From positions 352,001-416,000 of the forward strand of contig OZ244170.1 of the NCBI GenBank assembly GCA_965216565.1: a DNA stretch of 64,000 nucleotides. The letters are read 5' to 3'. How positions within the stretch are numbered: position 1 is the stretch's first letter; each line of letters starts with the position of its first letter. The notes beneath the pieces were generated by a model, which was given only the letters and a program-made list of their open reading frames with translations, was not told where the DNA came from and made no database searches. A program made the translations under genes and the position numbers. The DNA comes from Bythopirellula sp. GTDB lineage: Bacteria; Planctomycetota; Planctomycetia; Pirellulales; Lacipirellulaceae. Below are positions 38,966 through 47,867 of this stretch, in pieces.

Positions 38966-40150
38966 CTAGCCAGTTAGCACCATAGCACCCTGCGCAGGTG
39001 GTGTTGCGAAGGCGGTCGCCTCGATCCCCGTTTTTTCCTGGTACGCCTTGCTAATTGCCTCGGCGATCGCTTCGGCCTGTTCAGTTTTGACGAGTGAGAC
39101 TGTGCAGCCGCCAAACCCGCCCCCCGTCATTCGCGAGCCAAAGACTCCCTTCTCCAGTCCAAGCTGCTCCGCCAGGGAAACAAGGACATCGAGTTCATCG
39201 CAACTTACCTCGTAATCGTCTCGCAGCGATGCATGGCTCTCGTACATCAGCTGGCCAACCTGCTCCCACTGCCCAGCTTCGCAGGCCGTAGCCGCCTCGG
39301 TGGTCCGCTGGATTTCGCCAATCACGTGCCGCGCTCGGCGGTAGTGCACGTCGTCGATTTTTGCTTTGTTCTCCTCGAGCAGCGACATGGTTGCGTCTCT
39401 CAGAGATTTGACTCCCAGGCTGGCTGCAGCTGCTTCACATTGCTCACGGCGTTCAGCGTACTCGCCACCTGTCAGCTCGTGCTTGACGTTACTATTGATG
39501 ATTAAGATGCTAACGCTCGAGTCGGCTAGCGGGACCATCTGTGGTTCTTGGCTGCGGCAATCGAGTAGCATCAGGTGCCCCGACTGACATAACACAGAAC
39601 TGAATTGATCCATAATGCCACACGGTACGCCAACCTGATGTTCAGCTTGTTGGCTCACCAGGGCCTTCTTAACCGGAGGCATTGACTTGCCGGTGAGTTG
39701 TTCCACAAGTGTCGCGGTGGCAACCTCGAGCGCAGCGCTACTAGAGAGGCCTCCCCCCAGCGGTACAGTTGATTCAATGACGGCATCAAAGGGCAGGGCA
39801 GCGAGACCCTCTGCCCGACAGCCATCGAGCACACAGGCCACATACTGGGCCCATACTGGCAGGCTCGACCGATCCTGACTTTCGAGAGTGATTTCCTGTT
39901 TAGCTTCCACCGTGGAACTGTAGACGCATGCTTCGCCTTCGGCAGCGGAAGTCGGGTCAGCCGCGATCACGGTATATCGATCGATGGCCATTGGCAGCAC
40001 AAAGCCATCGTTGTAGTCAGTATGTTCGCCAATAAGGTTTACCCGCCCCGGCGCTGCGACGACGATTGTTGGCTCTCTTTGGAACTGGTTTCGGAAAGTA
40101 GCGGTCGCTCGCTCCGCCAAATCGGAAAGTGAAACAACTTTGTCCATCAC
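38966..40150 (-). CDS. galK: Galactokinase
   Basis: APGRVNLIGEHTDYN, PLGGGLSSSAA, CGIMDQ, GSRMTGGGFGG. Confidence 0.96.
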   Translation of the reverse strand: MMDKVVSLSDLAERATATFRNQFQREPTIVVAAPGRVNLIGEHTDYNDGFVLPMAIDRYTVIAADPTSAAEGEACVYSSTVEAKQEITLESQDRSSLPVWAQYVACVLDGCRAEGLAALPFDAVIESTVPLGGGLSSSAALEVATATLVEQLTGKSMPPVKKALVSQQAEHQVGVPCGIMDQFSSVLCQSGHLMLLDCRSQEPQMVPLADSSVSILIINSNVKHELTGGEYAERREQCEAAAASLGVKSLRDATMSLLEENKAKIDDVHYRRARHVIGEIQRTTEAATACEAGQWEQVGQLMYESHASLRDDYEVSCDELDVLVSLAEQLGLEKGVFGSRMTGGGFGGCTVSLVKTEQAEAIAEAISKAYQEKTGIEATAFATPPAQGAMVLTG

Positions 40151-40218
40151 AGGGCCCTGAATCGATCGATTTACGGTTTAAACAGTCCTCGAAATTTCAA
40201 GTTTGCAGCTTGGCAAGA

Positions 40219-41502
40219 TCACGAAGCGATGTCAACGGCTCGCAAGTTCTTGACGAGTACTAAGGTCATCACTAGAAAACTCGCGATGGCACCGAAAAGC
40301 ATGGACCATGCCGCTCCGGCGACGCCAAACTCGCTGATCAGGGGATAAACAGTAAGTGAGATGGCGATAAAGGTGGCTACTTCGCCCCAAAAATTTGCCT
40401 CGGGTAATTGCAGGGCATTCAAGCCATTGGAACTAGTTAGCGCCAGGCTTGTGACCAAGGTATTAACGCTCAGGATGACTAGGACGCTGTTAGCCCAACT
40501 AAATTCGGGGCCAAAGATTTTCTCCAACAACCAGCTCCCGCCGAGAACAAAGATTACGCAGACGGTACCTAGAACGACCGAATAGATGGCTGCTGAACGA
40601 AATAGTTCTACGTGTAAGCCTTTCTTCCCATACTTGTTAAAGGCCCGGATGGCCCGCGGCTGGAGCAGATTGTTAAGGCCCCGTACGAATACCCAAGAGA
40701 ATCCTGCGAGAGTAACACATACTGCCAACACGCCAGCAGCAGAGCGGTCGATCAATCCGGCAACAATCCAGGGCATAGCCACCTGGCAACCATCTCCTAA
40801 GAGTCTGCCGTAGACTAACCATCGCGAGTATGTCCAATGTTGCTTCCAATGGGCTTGGATGGCGCGGCGATCGAACGTGAATTCAACCTTCGGCTTTCCG
40901 ACAAACCAGCTCAAGGCGCCAAAAGCACAAGCAACACTAATAGCTAGAAAACTGTATGGAATCGTTAACTTTTCAAGCCAAGCCATTGCGAGTAGCAATC
41001 CAACTTGAAGCAAGAACACCAGACCATCAACCACTAGGGCAGTTCGAAGTCTAAAATGGGCAAAACAAACTGTGCGCAAGAATTCCCGAAGCATGTAAGG
41101 GACAATCGCAACGCACAGAGCTAGAACGCTGAATGCCATTGTGCTCGCCCCCTCCGTGGCAAACAGGTAGCCACTGTAGAGACATGCAGCGAGGACCGTC
41201 AGCAGGGCCAGGATCAATTGGTGAACCAAAGTGCTGCCGAGTAGGCTAGCCAGCGCGGCATCTTGACGTTGCGCGGAAAACACCATGTACGGTACCGAGA
41301 GGCCCCTTGCTTGAATCATCGACGCGAACAGCACGAGCGAAAGGCACAGAGAATAGATTCCAACCTCTTCCGGAGTGCATACCCGCGCTAGGATTAGCAT
41401 CGTGAGGAAAGTTGTGGTGCTGGCGATGCCCTGGTCGAAAAGGGCCAGGACTCCCTGTCGGGCACCCTTGGAATCTACGACTTTTCTTACCTTTTGAACC
41501 AT
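40219..41502 (-). CDS. Wzx/MOP-family polysaccharide flippase-like protein
   Basis: About 12 hydrophobic segments; DQGIAS..ILARV..PEEVGIYS N-terminus and FGVAGAAW C-terminus. Confidence 0.8.
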   Translation of the reverse strand: MVQKVRKVVDSKGARQGVLALFDQGIASTTTFLTMLILARVCTPEEVGIYSLCLSLVLFASMIQARGLSVPYMVFSAQRQDAALASLLGSTLVHQLILALLTVLAACLYSGYLFATEGASTMAFSVLALCVAIVPYMLREFLRTVCFAHFRLRTALVVDGLVFLLQVGLLLAMAWLEKLTIPYSFLAISVACAFGALSWFVGKPKVEFTFDRRAIQAHWKQHWTYSRWLVYGRLLGDGCQVAMPWIVAGLIDRSAAGVLAVCVTLAGFSWVFVRGLNNLLQPRAIRAFNKYGKKGLHVELFRSAAIYSVVLGTVCVIFVLGGSWLLEKIFGPEFSWANSVLVILSVNTLVTSLALTSSNGLNALQLPEANFWGEVATFIAISLTVYPLISEFGVAGAAWSMLFGAIASFLVMTLVLVKNLRAVDIAS

Positions 41503-41940
41503 CGTGTTCTGTTCTCAGAGAGTTCGCTGGCTGGGGGGCGAATTCTCCGCGTGCTTCATGTCTGCACGTAGTGCTGCGCTATCTGCCCGGGAATAGCACC
41601 ACTCGAGAGGGGATCGGCTGACCACGATCTTACAACCAATGGAAGGCAGTGAGTCGTCTGCGCCTGATTGGCAATTGGGATTGGATTTCGGTTGTCCTCG
41701 ACACTGGTTCCGGTAATTGCCGCGAATCCCTTAATTCACAGTCTCAAAGTCGATTTTCCTTGACAATAAGAAAATGCCGGTTCATTATACACAAGTTAAG
41801 AGGATTGCACGGTTTATGCAGTCTGAAATGAATTGGACGATTCTGAGCCTTCCTGGCTCATAGTCAGCGTTTCAGTGAGTGTCCCCTACAGGACGGGGTG
41901 CTCTCATTCTCATGCCTTTCTTTTTTGGGGAGACTCCACG

Positions 41941-42366
41941 ATGAAGATGATGATGATTTTGCCAGCTTTGGCAATGATGTGCCTCGTGAGCTCGGCTCAA
42001 GCCGACAACGGTGCGATCGACAGTGCTACGCTTAGCGCCATGGGCCTAAGCAACGTTCAAGTGATGTCCGATGTAGAAGCTCAAGACGTACGCGGCATGG
42101 GCTATGCCCCACCTCGTAGAAGCTTGGCACTCGCATTTGGCGTCTCGTTCGCCAGCATCAATGCAGGTCCTGCCAGTGCCGGTACTTTGGACGGTTTCTT
42201 GTCCTATGGCAACCACGTTGCTAAGGGTCAGCATGAATCCGTAGCCCAGATCTCGGAAACCAAGACCAAAACTAAGACGATTCTTGGCGTACCTGCGTAC
42301 TCCATCACAAAGACTCGTACCTTGACAATTGGCGCTGGTGGTAGCTCCAGCTCGTTTGCTTTTTAA
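41941..42366 (+). CDS. Small Sec-exported protein with double-glycine-like pro-leader (paralog A; candidate fibre subunit)
   Basis: GGGGAG ahead of ATG 41941; signal peptide ending AQA-DNG; leader MSDVEAQDVRGMG; co-linear with the gene at 42941. Confidence 0.85.
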   Translation: MKMMMILPALAMMCLVSSAQADNGAIDSATLSAMGLSNVQVMSDVEAQDVRGMGYAPPRRSLALAFGVSFASINAGPASAGTLDGFLSYGNHVAKGQHESVAQISETKTKTKTILGVPAYSITKTRTLTIGAGGSSSSFAF

Positions 42367-42412
42367 GCATGAAAGTGTGAGTTCCCAGGCATTTTCGATG
42401 CCTGACAATTTT

Positions 42413-42453
42413 AAGCGTCTCGACGTTTCCTGGTACGTCGAGACGCTTTTTTT
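42413..42453 (+). terminator. Intrinsic terminator of paralog A
   Basis: AAGCGTCTCGACGT...ACGTCGAGACGCTT followed by a T tract. Confidence 0.85.
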
Positions 42454-42680
42454 GTCTGTCGATCTAATCTGCCTCTGCTAGTTTAAAGCGAATCCCTAGG
42501 GGCTCTGAAGTCTGCTTCTCCATCAGAAGGTTTCCTTTATCCAGGGGATATTCGTTTTCTTTAGGGGCTGTGGCCCCGATTGGTTGAGGATTCGCCTCAA
42601 TCTCATAGCTCGCAAAGCGTCCATTGGCCGAAAAATATCCCCGCAAGATTGGTCTGGCGTGGCCAGTTTTGGTACTGCCT

Positions 42681-42713
42681 GTAACGGTTGTATGGGGAAT
42701 GGTAACGATTGTA
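42681..42713. promoter_or_regulatory. Direct repeat GTAACG(G/A)TTGTA x2, 21 bp apart; putative regulator binding site
   Basis: GTAACGGTTGTA at 42681 and GTAACGATTGTA at 42702, upstream of paralog B. Confidence 0.55.
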
Positions 42714-42940
42714 CGGCCTCTGCGAATTGTTCTTCTCTCGGACCTTGGAACCTAGGCAAATTTCCGAACTCCATTGTTGATGCACTGGGGGTCCCGATTA
42801 GCGTGAGATAGAGAGGGCAGCGACGGGCAACTCAACTTTACCCGGGAAGTTGACCAACCCGTCAAAAACCTCCAACTACTTTTCGGACTACTTAAAAGTC
42901 CACCATCTCACCTCTGTATTCTTACCAGGAGTACCACACG

Positions 42941-43408
42941 ATGACGAAGCTTTTTGTAACTTTGCCTGCTCTGGCTTTGGTTGTTGCCCTTTCCAGTAGC
43001 GCTGTTGCCGACAACGGCATTAACGATGCAACTCTTGCTGACATGGGCCTAGCCGGTGTTGAGCTGATGAACGATGCCGAAGCTATGGAAATCCGTGGCT
43101 TAGGCTACAACGGTGGCCATCAAATGCCACAACCCTCCGGACACGAGAAGCCATGGTCGCTGGCTTTCGGTGTTTCTTACGCTGGAGTTGAAGGTGGCGA
43201 CAGCCACAGTGGCGCTGGTGCCGGAACGCTTGATGGCTTTATTGCCGAAGGCAAGTTCATGGCCTCTGGCGAGCACTACTCGGAAGCTGGCTTGACCAAG
43301 GTTGAGTCGCACGAGCTGCAAGTGAAGGGTCAACCTGCGACTTTGGAAATCAAGACCAAGTCGATCAAGGTCTTCGCTGGTGGTTTCGCAACCGCTTCGA
43401 GCCTCTAA
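42941..43408 (+). CDS. Small Sec-exported protein with double-glycine-like pro-leader (paralog B; candidate fibre subunit)
   Basis: AGGAG ahead of the ATG; signal peptide ending AVA-DNG; leader MNDAEAMEIRGLG; shares LAFGVS, AGTLDGF and KT.....AGG with paralog A. Confidence 0.88.
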   Translation: MTKLFVTLPALALVVALSSSAVADNGINDATLADMGLAGVELMNDAEAMEIRGLGYNGGHQMPQPSGHEKPWSLAFGVSYAGVEGGDSHSGAGAGTLDGFIAEGKFMASGEHYSEAGLTKVESHELQVKGQPATLEIKTKSIKVFAGGFATASSL

Positions 43409-43465
43409 GGAATAGATCACAGGCAAGTGCCTGATAAATGGTGATCAGGATGATCGCAAAAAAAT

Positions 43466-43503
43466 AAAAGCGTCCTGTCGCAATGCGGCAGGACGCTTTT
43501 TTT
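43466..43503. terminator. Intrinsic terminator of paralog B, possibly bidirectional
   Basis: AAAAGCGTCCTGTCGCA-A-TGCGGCAGGACGCTTTTTTT. Confidence 0.85.
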
Positions 43504-43517
43504 CGTGGACCCCAGAT

Positions 43518-43566
43518 AAAAAACCCACGGAAGGCCAGAGTTTGGCGGGGGAGGCCTCCCGTGGGT
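43518..43566 (-). terminator. Probable terminator of the minus-strand barrel gene
   Basis: ACCCACGGAAGGCC...GGCCTCCCGTGGGT stem with an A run at 43518-43523 (U tract on the minus strand). Confidence 0.6.
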
Positions 43567-43575
43567 GCGCTAGGT

Positions 43576-45147
43576 TCACCAAGTGAAGCCCGTGGCAACA
43601 GACACACCATACAGGTCGACAATCAGTCCAGGGGCATCTGCCGTTGTACTCACAACGTAGTCGTTCGTATCTCCCCCATCTGTGGTTTGTACTCCGGCAA
43701 AAGAGCCAGAAGCTGCTCCGCCGCTCGAGGCATCCCAATACTGGTATTCGAAGGCAGTCCGGAAGAATGCCTTGGCTGGCAGACAGCGTAGAGCAAAGTC
43801 CCACTGAATACCCGCCTGGAATTCGCCAATAAACAGATCGTCATTGACGCTGGTTCGGGCACCATCGATCGAACCTGCCGATCCACCTGGAACTGATCCA
43901 TCGGTAGGAATGACCGTTACCCCAGCACTTGTTTGGACTTCGCTGTGGTTACAGCCCCACAAAACAGACGAGCGGGCACTGTAGAACCAATGGGCACAAG
44001 AGCAAGGAAACAGTGGTTTGCGACCGTTCAGCCCGAACGTAAGTCCTGTACCATGGGCGCTACGATTTGCTCGGGTGGTTCCTTCGAGGATACCGTCCGT
44101 GGTATCGGTGCGGACGAACGAGCGACCGTAGATCGATTCGTGATGTTCAATCAAAGCATAACGTGCACCGAACGACAGTTGGTTTTTGCAGCCATGCAGG
44201 CAGAAGTTTCGGGTGACTTCCAGGTCAGCATAGTAGGCTTCAAATATGCTGTTTGCATTATAATCGTTGTCGGGATAGAGTTCCCATGGCTGGAGCGAAT
44301 CGAAATCATTCTCTCCTGCTCGCAAGTGGAAATAGCGACCAACGATGCCCCATTTGCAACCTTGAACACCGAGCCAAATTCGTGGAGCGACATAAAAGTC
44401 GTTTAGGTCGGCGTGATCCCAATAGGGACCGAATTGCTGGAGTCCAGTCCGCGTGCCATTTACGAGTTGTTCGAATTCATACGTGACACGTCTGCCATTA
44501 ATATCAGGCGACAAGAAGACTGCCTCAGTTCCTGCAACGATGGTGCAAGGCCGTTTGCAGCAGCGTTGACATGCACAGCCGCCTCCACAACAAGAGTCGC
44601 AAAAACCCTGCGCACAAGCATCGCAGCAACCGGTGGCTCCGCAGTAAAGCGGGTCCTGCCAGGTCGGTTCAGCTCCGCTATCATCCGGGGTTGGACCCAC
44701 GCTAGAGATAGCAGGTTCTTCTGCAGGTAGATCGTAGATCTCCTCGTTGGCTTGGGCACGGATGACTCGCGACGTCCCGATGTTGCCCACCGCAGAAATA
44801 TCATTTCGATAGGCGGATGCCGCTGGTCGGGGAGCGACCGGCGTAGAATGGGTCACACTTGTAACCAGAGGTCGCTGCTGTGGTTTTTCATCCGTCGCAA
44901 CAAAGTTGCCTTTGTCGTCCTGCTCCGTGAGCCAACGGACTGTCGTTGTTTGGGTATCTCCGCTGTTGCGAGTCGACTTGGATTCGAGGGATGCTTGCAT
45001 CCGTTCGAGCTGTGCCGCTTTTTCAGCTAGTTCTGCGGCCAGTTGCGATAGGTCGCCAGTCGATTGACCAGCTGCCCACAAGACGTTGCACCAAGAGGTG
45101 CCGACCATTGCCAAACAAATGGCAGTGATACTAAGTAGCTTCTTCAT
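43576..45147 (-). CDS. Planctomycete-type outer-membrane beta-barrel protein (Lpg1974/BBP7-like) with a Cys-rich pre-barrel segment
   Basis: Signal peptide MKKLLS..; short coiled coil; Cys cluster; strands APRIWLG, GIVGRYF, SFGARYA, GEFQAGIQW, RTAFEYQYW; ends ATGFTW. Confidence 0.8.
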   Translation of the reverse strand: MKKLLSITAICLAMVGTSWCNVLWAAGQSTGDLSQLAAELAEKAAQLERMQASLESKSTRNSGDTQTTTVRWLTEQDDKGNFVATDEKPQQRPLVTSVTHSTPVAPRPAASAYRNDISAVGNIGTSRVIRAQANEEIYDLPAEEPAISSVGPTPDDSGAEPTWQDPLYCGATGCCDACAQGFCDSCCGGGCACQRCCKRPCTIVAGTEAVFLSPDINGRRVTYEFEQLVNGTRTGLQQFGPYWDHADLNDFYVAPRIWLGVQGCKWGIVGRYFHLRAGENDFDSLQPWELYPDNDYNANSIFEAYYADLEVTRNFCLHGCKNQLSFGARYALIEHHESIYGRSFVRTDTTDGILEGTTRANRSAHGTGLTFGLNGRKPLFPCSCAHWFYSARSSVLWGCNHSEVQTSAGVTVIPTDGSVPGGSAGSIDGARTSVNDDLFIGEFQAGIQWDFALRCLPAKAFFRTAFEYQYWDASSGGAASGSFAGVQTTDGGDTNDYVVSTTADAPGLIVDLYGVSVATGFTW

Positions 45148-45760
45148 CTTAAGATTCCCCCCTGCCGCTGTACCGACAACGCTCGCGAATGCTAAGCGGT
45201 GTACCAACGACAAATTGCCAAAAAGTTCTTAACTGGGTCGAAAAGTTTGAGTCCCTGCTTCTTGCCCGAGATGCCTCAAAGAGATTCGCGAGCAAAAGGC
45301 AAACTTAGTACTCCGCATTCGTTGATCCATAAAAGGAATGCGACTGGCACTAGTCGGGTAACCGCCAATGGTGGACTAATGCAGAGAACAGGATCGACAG
45401 TCAAAACCGATTCGATCGAAGAATTTAGTACCCACTGATACAACCGGTAGAATCGTTAAACTCAACCATGTGTCTCAACGTGCGGAAATAGCGGTATTCG
45501 CGGGGTGGCAGCGCATTCGTGAGTCTTCAGGTGATAGCTCCGATAGCACTTTCTTAGACCGATCTTCCAGTATCCAGGCAGTGATTCTCAAGAGTATGCC
45601 TTAGTTAAGACGATGAATCGCTACAACCGGCATAACACGCAAAGTTTGCCAAATCGTGTCCCGCGGCGGTTGCTGGCCACATTTCGTACTGAATTATCAA
45701 CTAGCGCTGTGCGAAGCACGTTCCAACATGGCCAATACAACAGAGACCAATCGAACGAGC

Positions 45761-47830
45761 ATGAAATTGCAAGTGAGCTCAATAATGAAGCTCGCGTTGA
45801 CACTTTCAATTACGCTCGTGAGTTTCCAAAAGACCGAAGCGGTCGAGAAAAACTCACAAAGCTGGTTTCGCCCATTTGCCTGGCAAGAAAGTCCTGAACC
45901 CGGTCAGGGGTCCGGTATCGAAGCACCTCCGGTAGCCAGGAATCTGAACATTTTTAAATGGTCGAACGATGTCCAGCCGCAAGCTCAGCAGCCATCATCG
46001 GATACAACGCGGACTCAAGGCACACGTCTGCCGACGGTGCAGCAGCCCAGCACAAAACTATTGGCCGGTCTTCCATCTGGTCCGAGCATCCCTGCTGATT
46101 TAGATGCTGAATCGCCAGTGATTGCCACAGATAGCCTGCAACAACCTGGCTCCGTAGCGGTTACTGCTTCGCAGCAGTTCGCCACCATTGCTGAGCCTCA
46201 AGGTTCAGCGTCGAGTGTGTCGGATAACGTGCGTCAAACGGCCGCTTATGGGCAGCAGCCGGTGAATTGGCCTGCAGAGAATGAGCAATCCAATCAGGCA
46301 GCAAATTCATCCGGAAACAACAATCCATTTTCATGGACAAACTCAGGACCTGCAGTGCCTCAAAGTGTGGCACCTCCACAAACGGCTCCCATCATGGAGC
46401 GTAGCCGCCAGCCTTGGGAGTGGTCCAACAATCCTACGGTGCGAGAGAAGCCACAAGAGATTATGCCACCCGATGAACCCTCATTGGGTTCAGCATTGCA
46501 TAATGCCCTAAGCTGGTCTGACCAACCGAATCCAACACCACCAACGGCTGCCGAAAGTGGGCGGCCTCCGGAAGATGCAACCGACGCAGAATTGGTTGAA
46601 TGGGAAAAGCAAAAATATCCTTGGATCCGCCCCTTTTACTGGGCAAATAGCAACCCAGAACTTGGGGTAGAAAACGAAATCGCACCGCGTGACCCCACTC
46701 AAGTAGAAGGTTATGTACCGCTCCTGGCAAAACCGTTCAATTGGGACAATCGCCAGGTGAGCCAGCAGCCTAGGCCGCTCGCAGAAACGCCAAATGGGTT
46801 AACCAGCTATCCTACAACACAGGCTGCCGCATACTTTCAAGACGAGGAATCGCTACCGAATCCACTTGAAGAGCTCAAAATCCCTAGAGACGACGAGGCA
46901 GATCGTAATCAGACAGCGGGCACTGCTAAGGACAATGAGCTCGATGGCGAAAAGAAGGGCACGCTGGCCGAAGCAGAATCGCTTGGTGAAGCACCAGAAG
47001 ATAACAGCTTACAATTCCTCAGGGCCGATACGGTGCTGCTGAAGCCTGGAGACTTTCAGTTCGACTACGGCTTCGCCTATACCAAGTTTGATCGAACAAC
47101 GCCTGTCATTGTGGCTACTGATGCGGGTAACGTGGTCGAACATGCAGAGTTGCGACTGCGTGAACTTCGGGTTCCATTCGAAATTCGCTATGGTCTAGCC
47201 AGACGCGTCCAACTATTCCTGAACGTGCCCTTTGGATGGGTCAATTCAGAATTCAGCTTCCCCGGGTTCGACGAGTTCGAGAACGATGGCGGCATCGGCG
47301 ACATAGTCTTTGGTGGATCGTTTTTGCTAAGAGAAAACGATCCTTGCAACAAGCCTGACGCAATTCTTACGTTCGCTGCAGTGGCACCGACCGGGAATGA
47401 TCCTTTTCCCGCCGTAGGCGCATCGACTGCTGCTCCTTCGCTAGGCAATGGTTTTTGGTCGCTTGCTTCCAATTTGTTGTTCATTAAGAACTACGATCCG
47501 GTCGTGCTGTTCTACGGAGCGGGTACTCGCCAGAACTTCGATACAGAGTTCAACGGACAAGAGTTCCGTGCGGGTGGAGAATACAACTATCAATTTGGCG
47601 TTGGCTTCGGCGTTAACAGCAAAGTCACGTTTAGCACGCGCTTCAACGGTGCCTATGTAACGGAGTCGAGACTCGACGGTCAACGGATCCAAGGTTCAAT
47701 ACAGGAGCCGATGACCCTGGGTCTTGCCATGACCATTGCTAAGAACAAGAAGCTTATCGAGCCGTTCGTCGATTTTGGGCTCACCGACGATGCATCTGAC
47801 GCAAGATTTGGCATTACCTGGACGCGATAG
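45761..47830 (+). CDS. FapF-like ('transporter'/MetA-pathway family) outer-membrane beta-barrel with a long Pro/Gln-rich N-terminal region
   Basis: RYGL..R, GIGDI, APTGNDPF, GNGFWS, YDPVVLF and FGLTDDASD resemble FapF-family motifs; immediately upstream of a C39 peptidase; start uncertain (45761 or 45785). Confidence 0.8.
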   Translation: MKLQVSSIMKLALTLSITLVSFQKTEAVEKNSQSWFRPFAWQESPEPGQGSGIEAPPVARNLNIFKWSNDVQPQAQQPSSDTTRTQGTRLPTVQQPSTKLLAGLPSGPSIPADLDAESPVIATDSLQQPGSVAVTASQQFATIAEPQGSASSVSDNVRQTAAYGQQPVNWPAENEQSNQAANSSGNNNPFSWTNSGPAVPQSVAPPQTAPIMERSRQPWEWSNNPTVREKPQEIMPPDEPSLGSALHNALSWSDQPNPTPPTAAESGRPPEDATDAELVEWEKQKYPWIRPFYWANSNPELGVENEIAPRDPTQVEGYVPLLAKPFNWDNRQVSQQPRPLAETPNGLTSYPTTQAAAYFQDEESLPNPLEELKIPRDDEADRNQTAGTAKDNELDGEKKGTLAEAESLGEAPEDNSLQFLRADTVLLKPGDFQFDYGFAYTKFDRTTPVIVATDAGNVVEHAELRLRELRVPFEIRYGLARRVQLFLNVPFGWVNSEFSFPGFDEFENDGGIGDIVFGGSFLLRENDPCNKPDAILTFAAVAPTGNDPFPAVGASTAAPSLGNGFWSLASNLLFIKNYDPVVLFYGAGTRQNFDTEFNGQEFRAGGEYNYQFGVGFGVNSKVTFSTRFNGAYVTESRLDGQRIQGSIQEPMTLGLAMTIAKNKKLIEPFVDFGLTDDASDARFGITWTR

Positions 47831-47867
47831 GCTTTCCGAGGCTCCGCTGCTTTGCGGAGGGTGAAAC

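Noticed and set aside
41833..41940. N-terminal extension of the 177-aa tracked ORF
   Set aside because: The RBS, signal peptide and alignment with paralog B place the start at 41941
42822..42864. Hairpin GACGGG..TCAACTT..AAGTTGA..CCCGTC upstream of paralog B as a riboswitch
   Set aside because: The stem-loop is present but matches no aptamer I recognise; it may simply stabilise the 5' UTR
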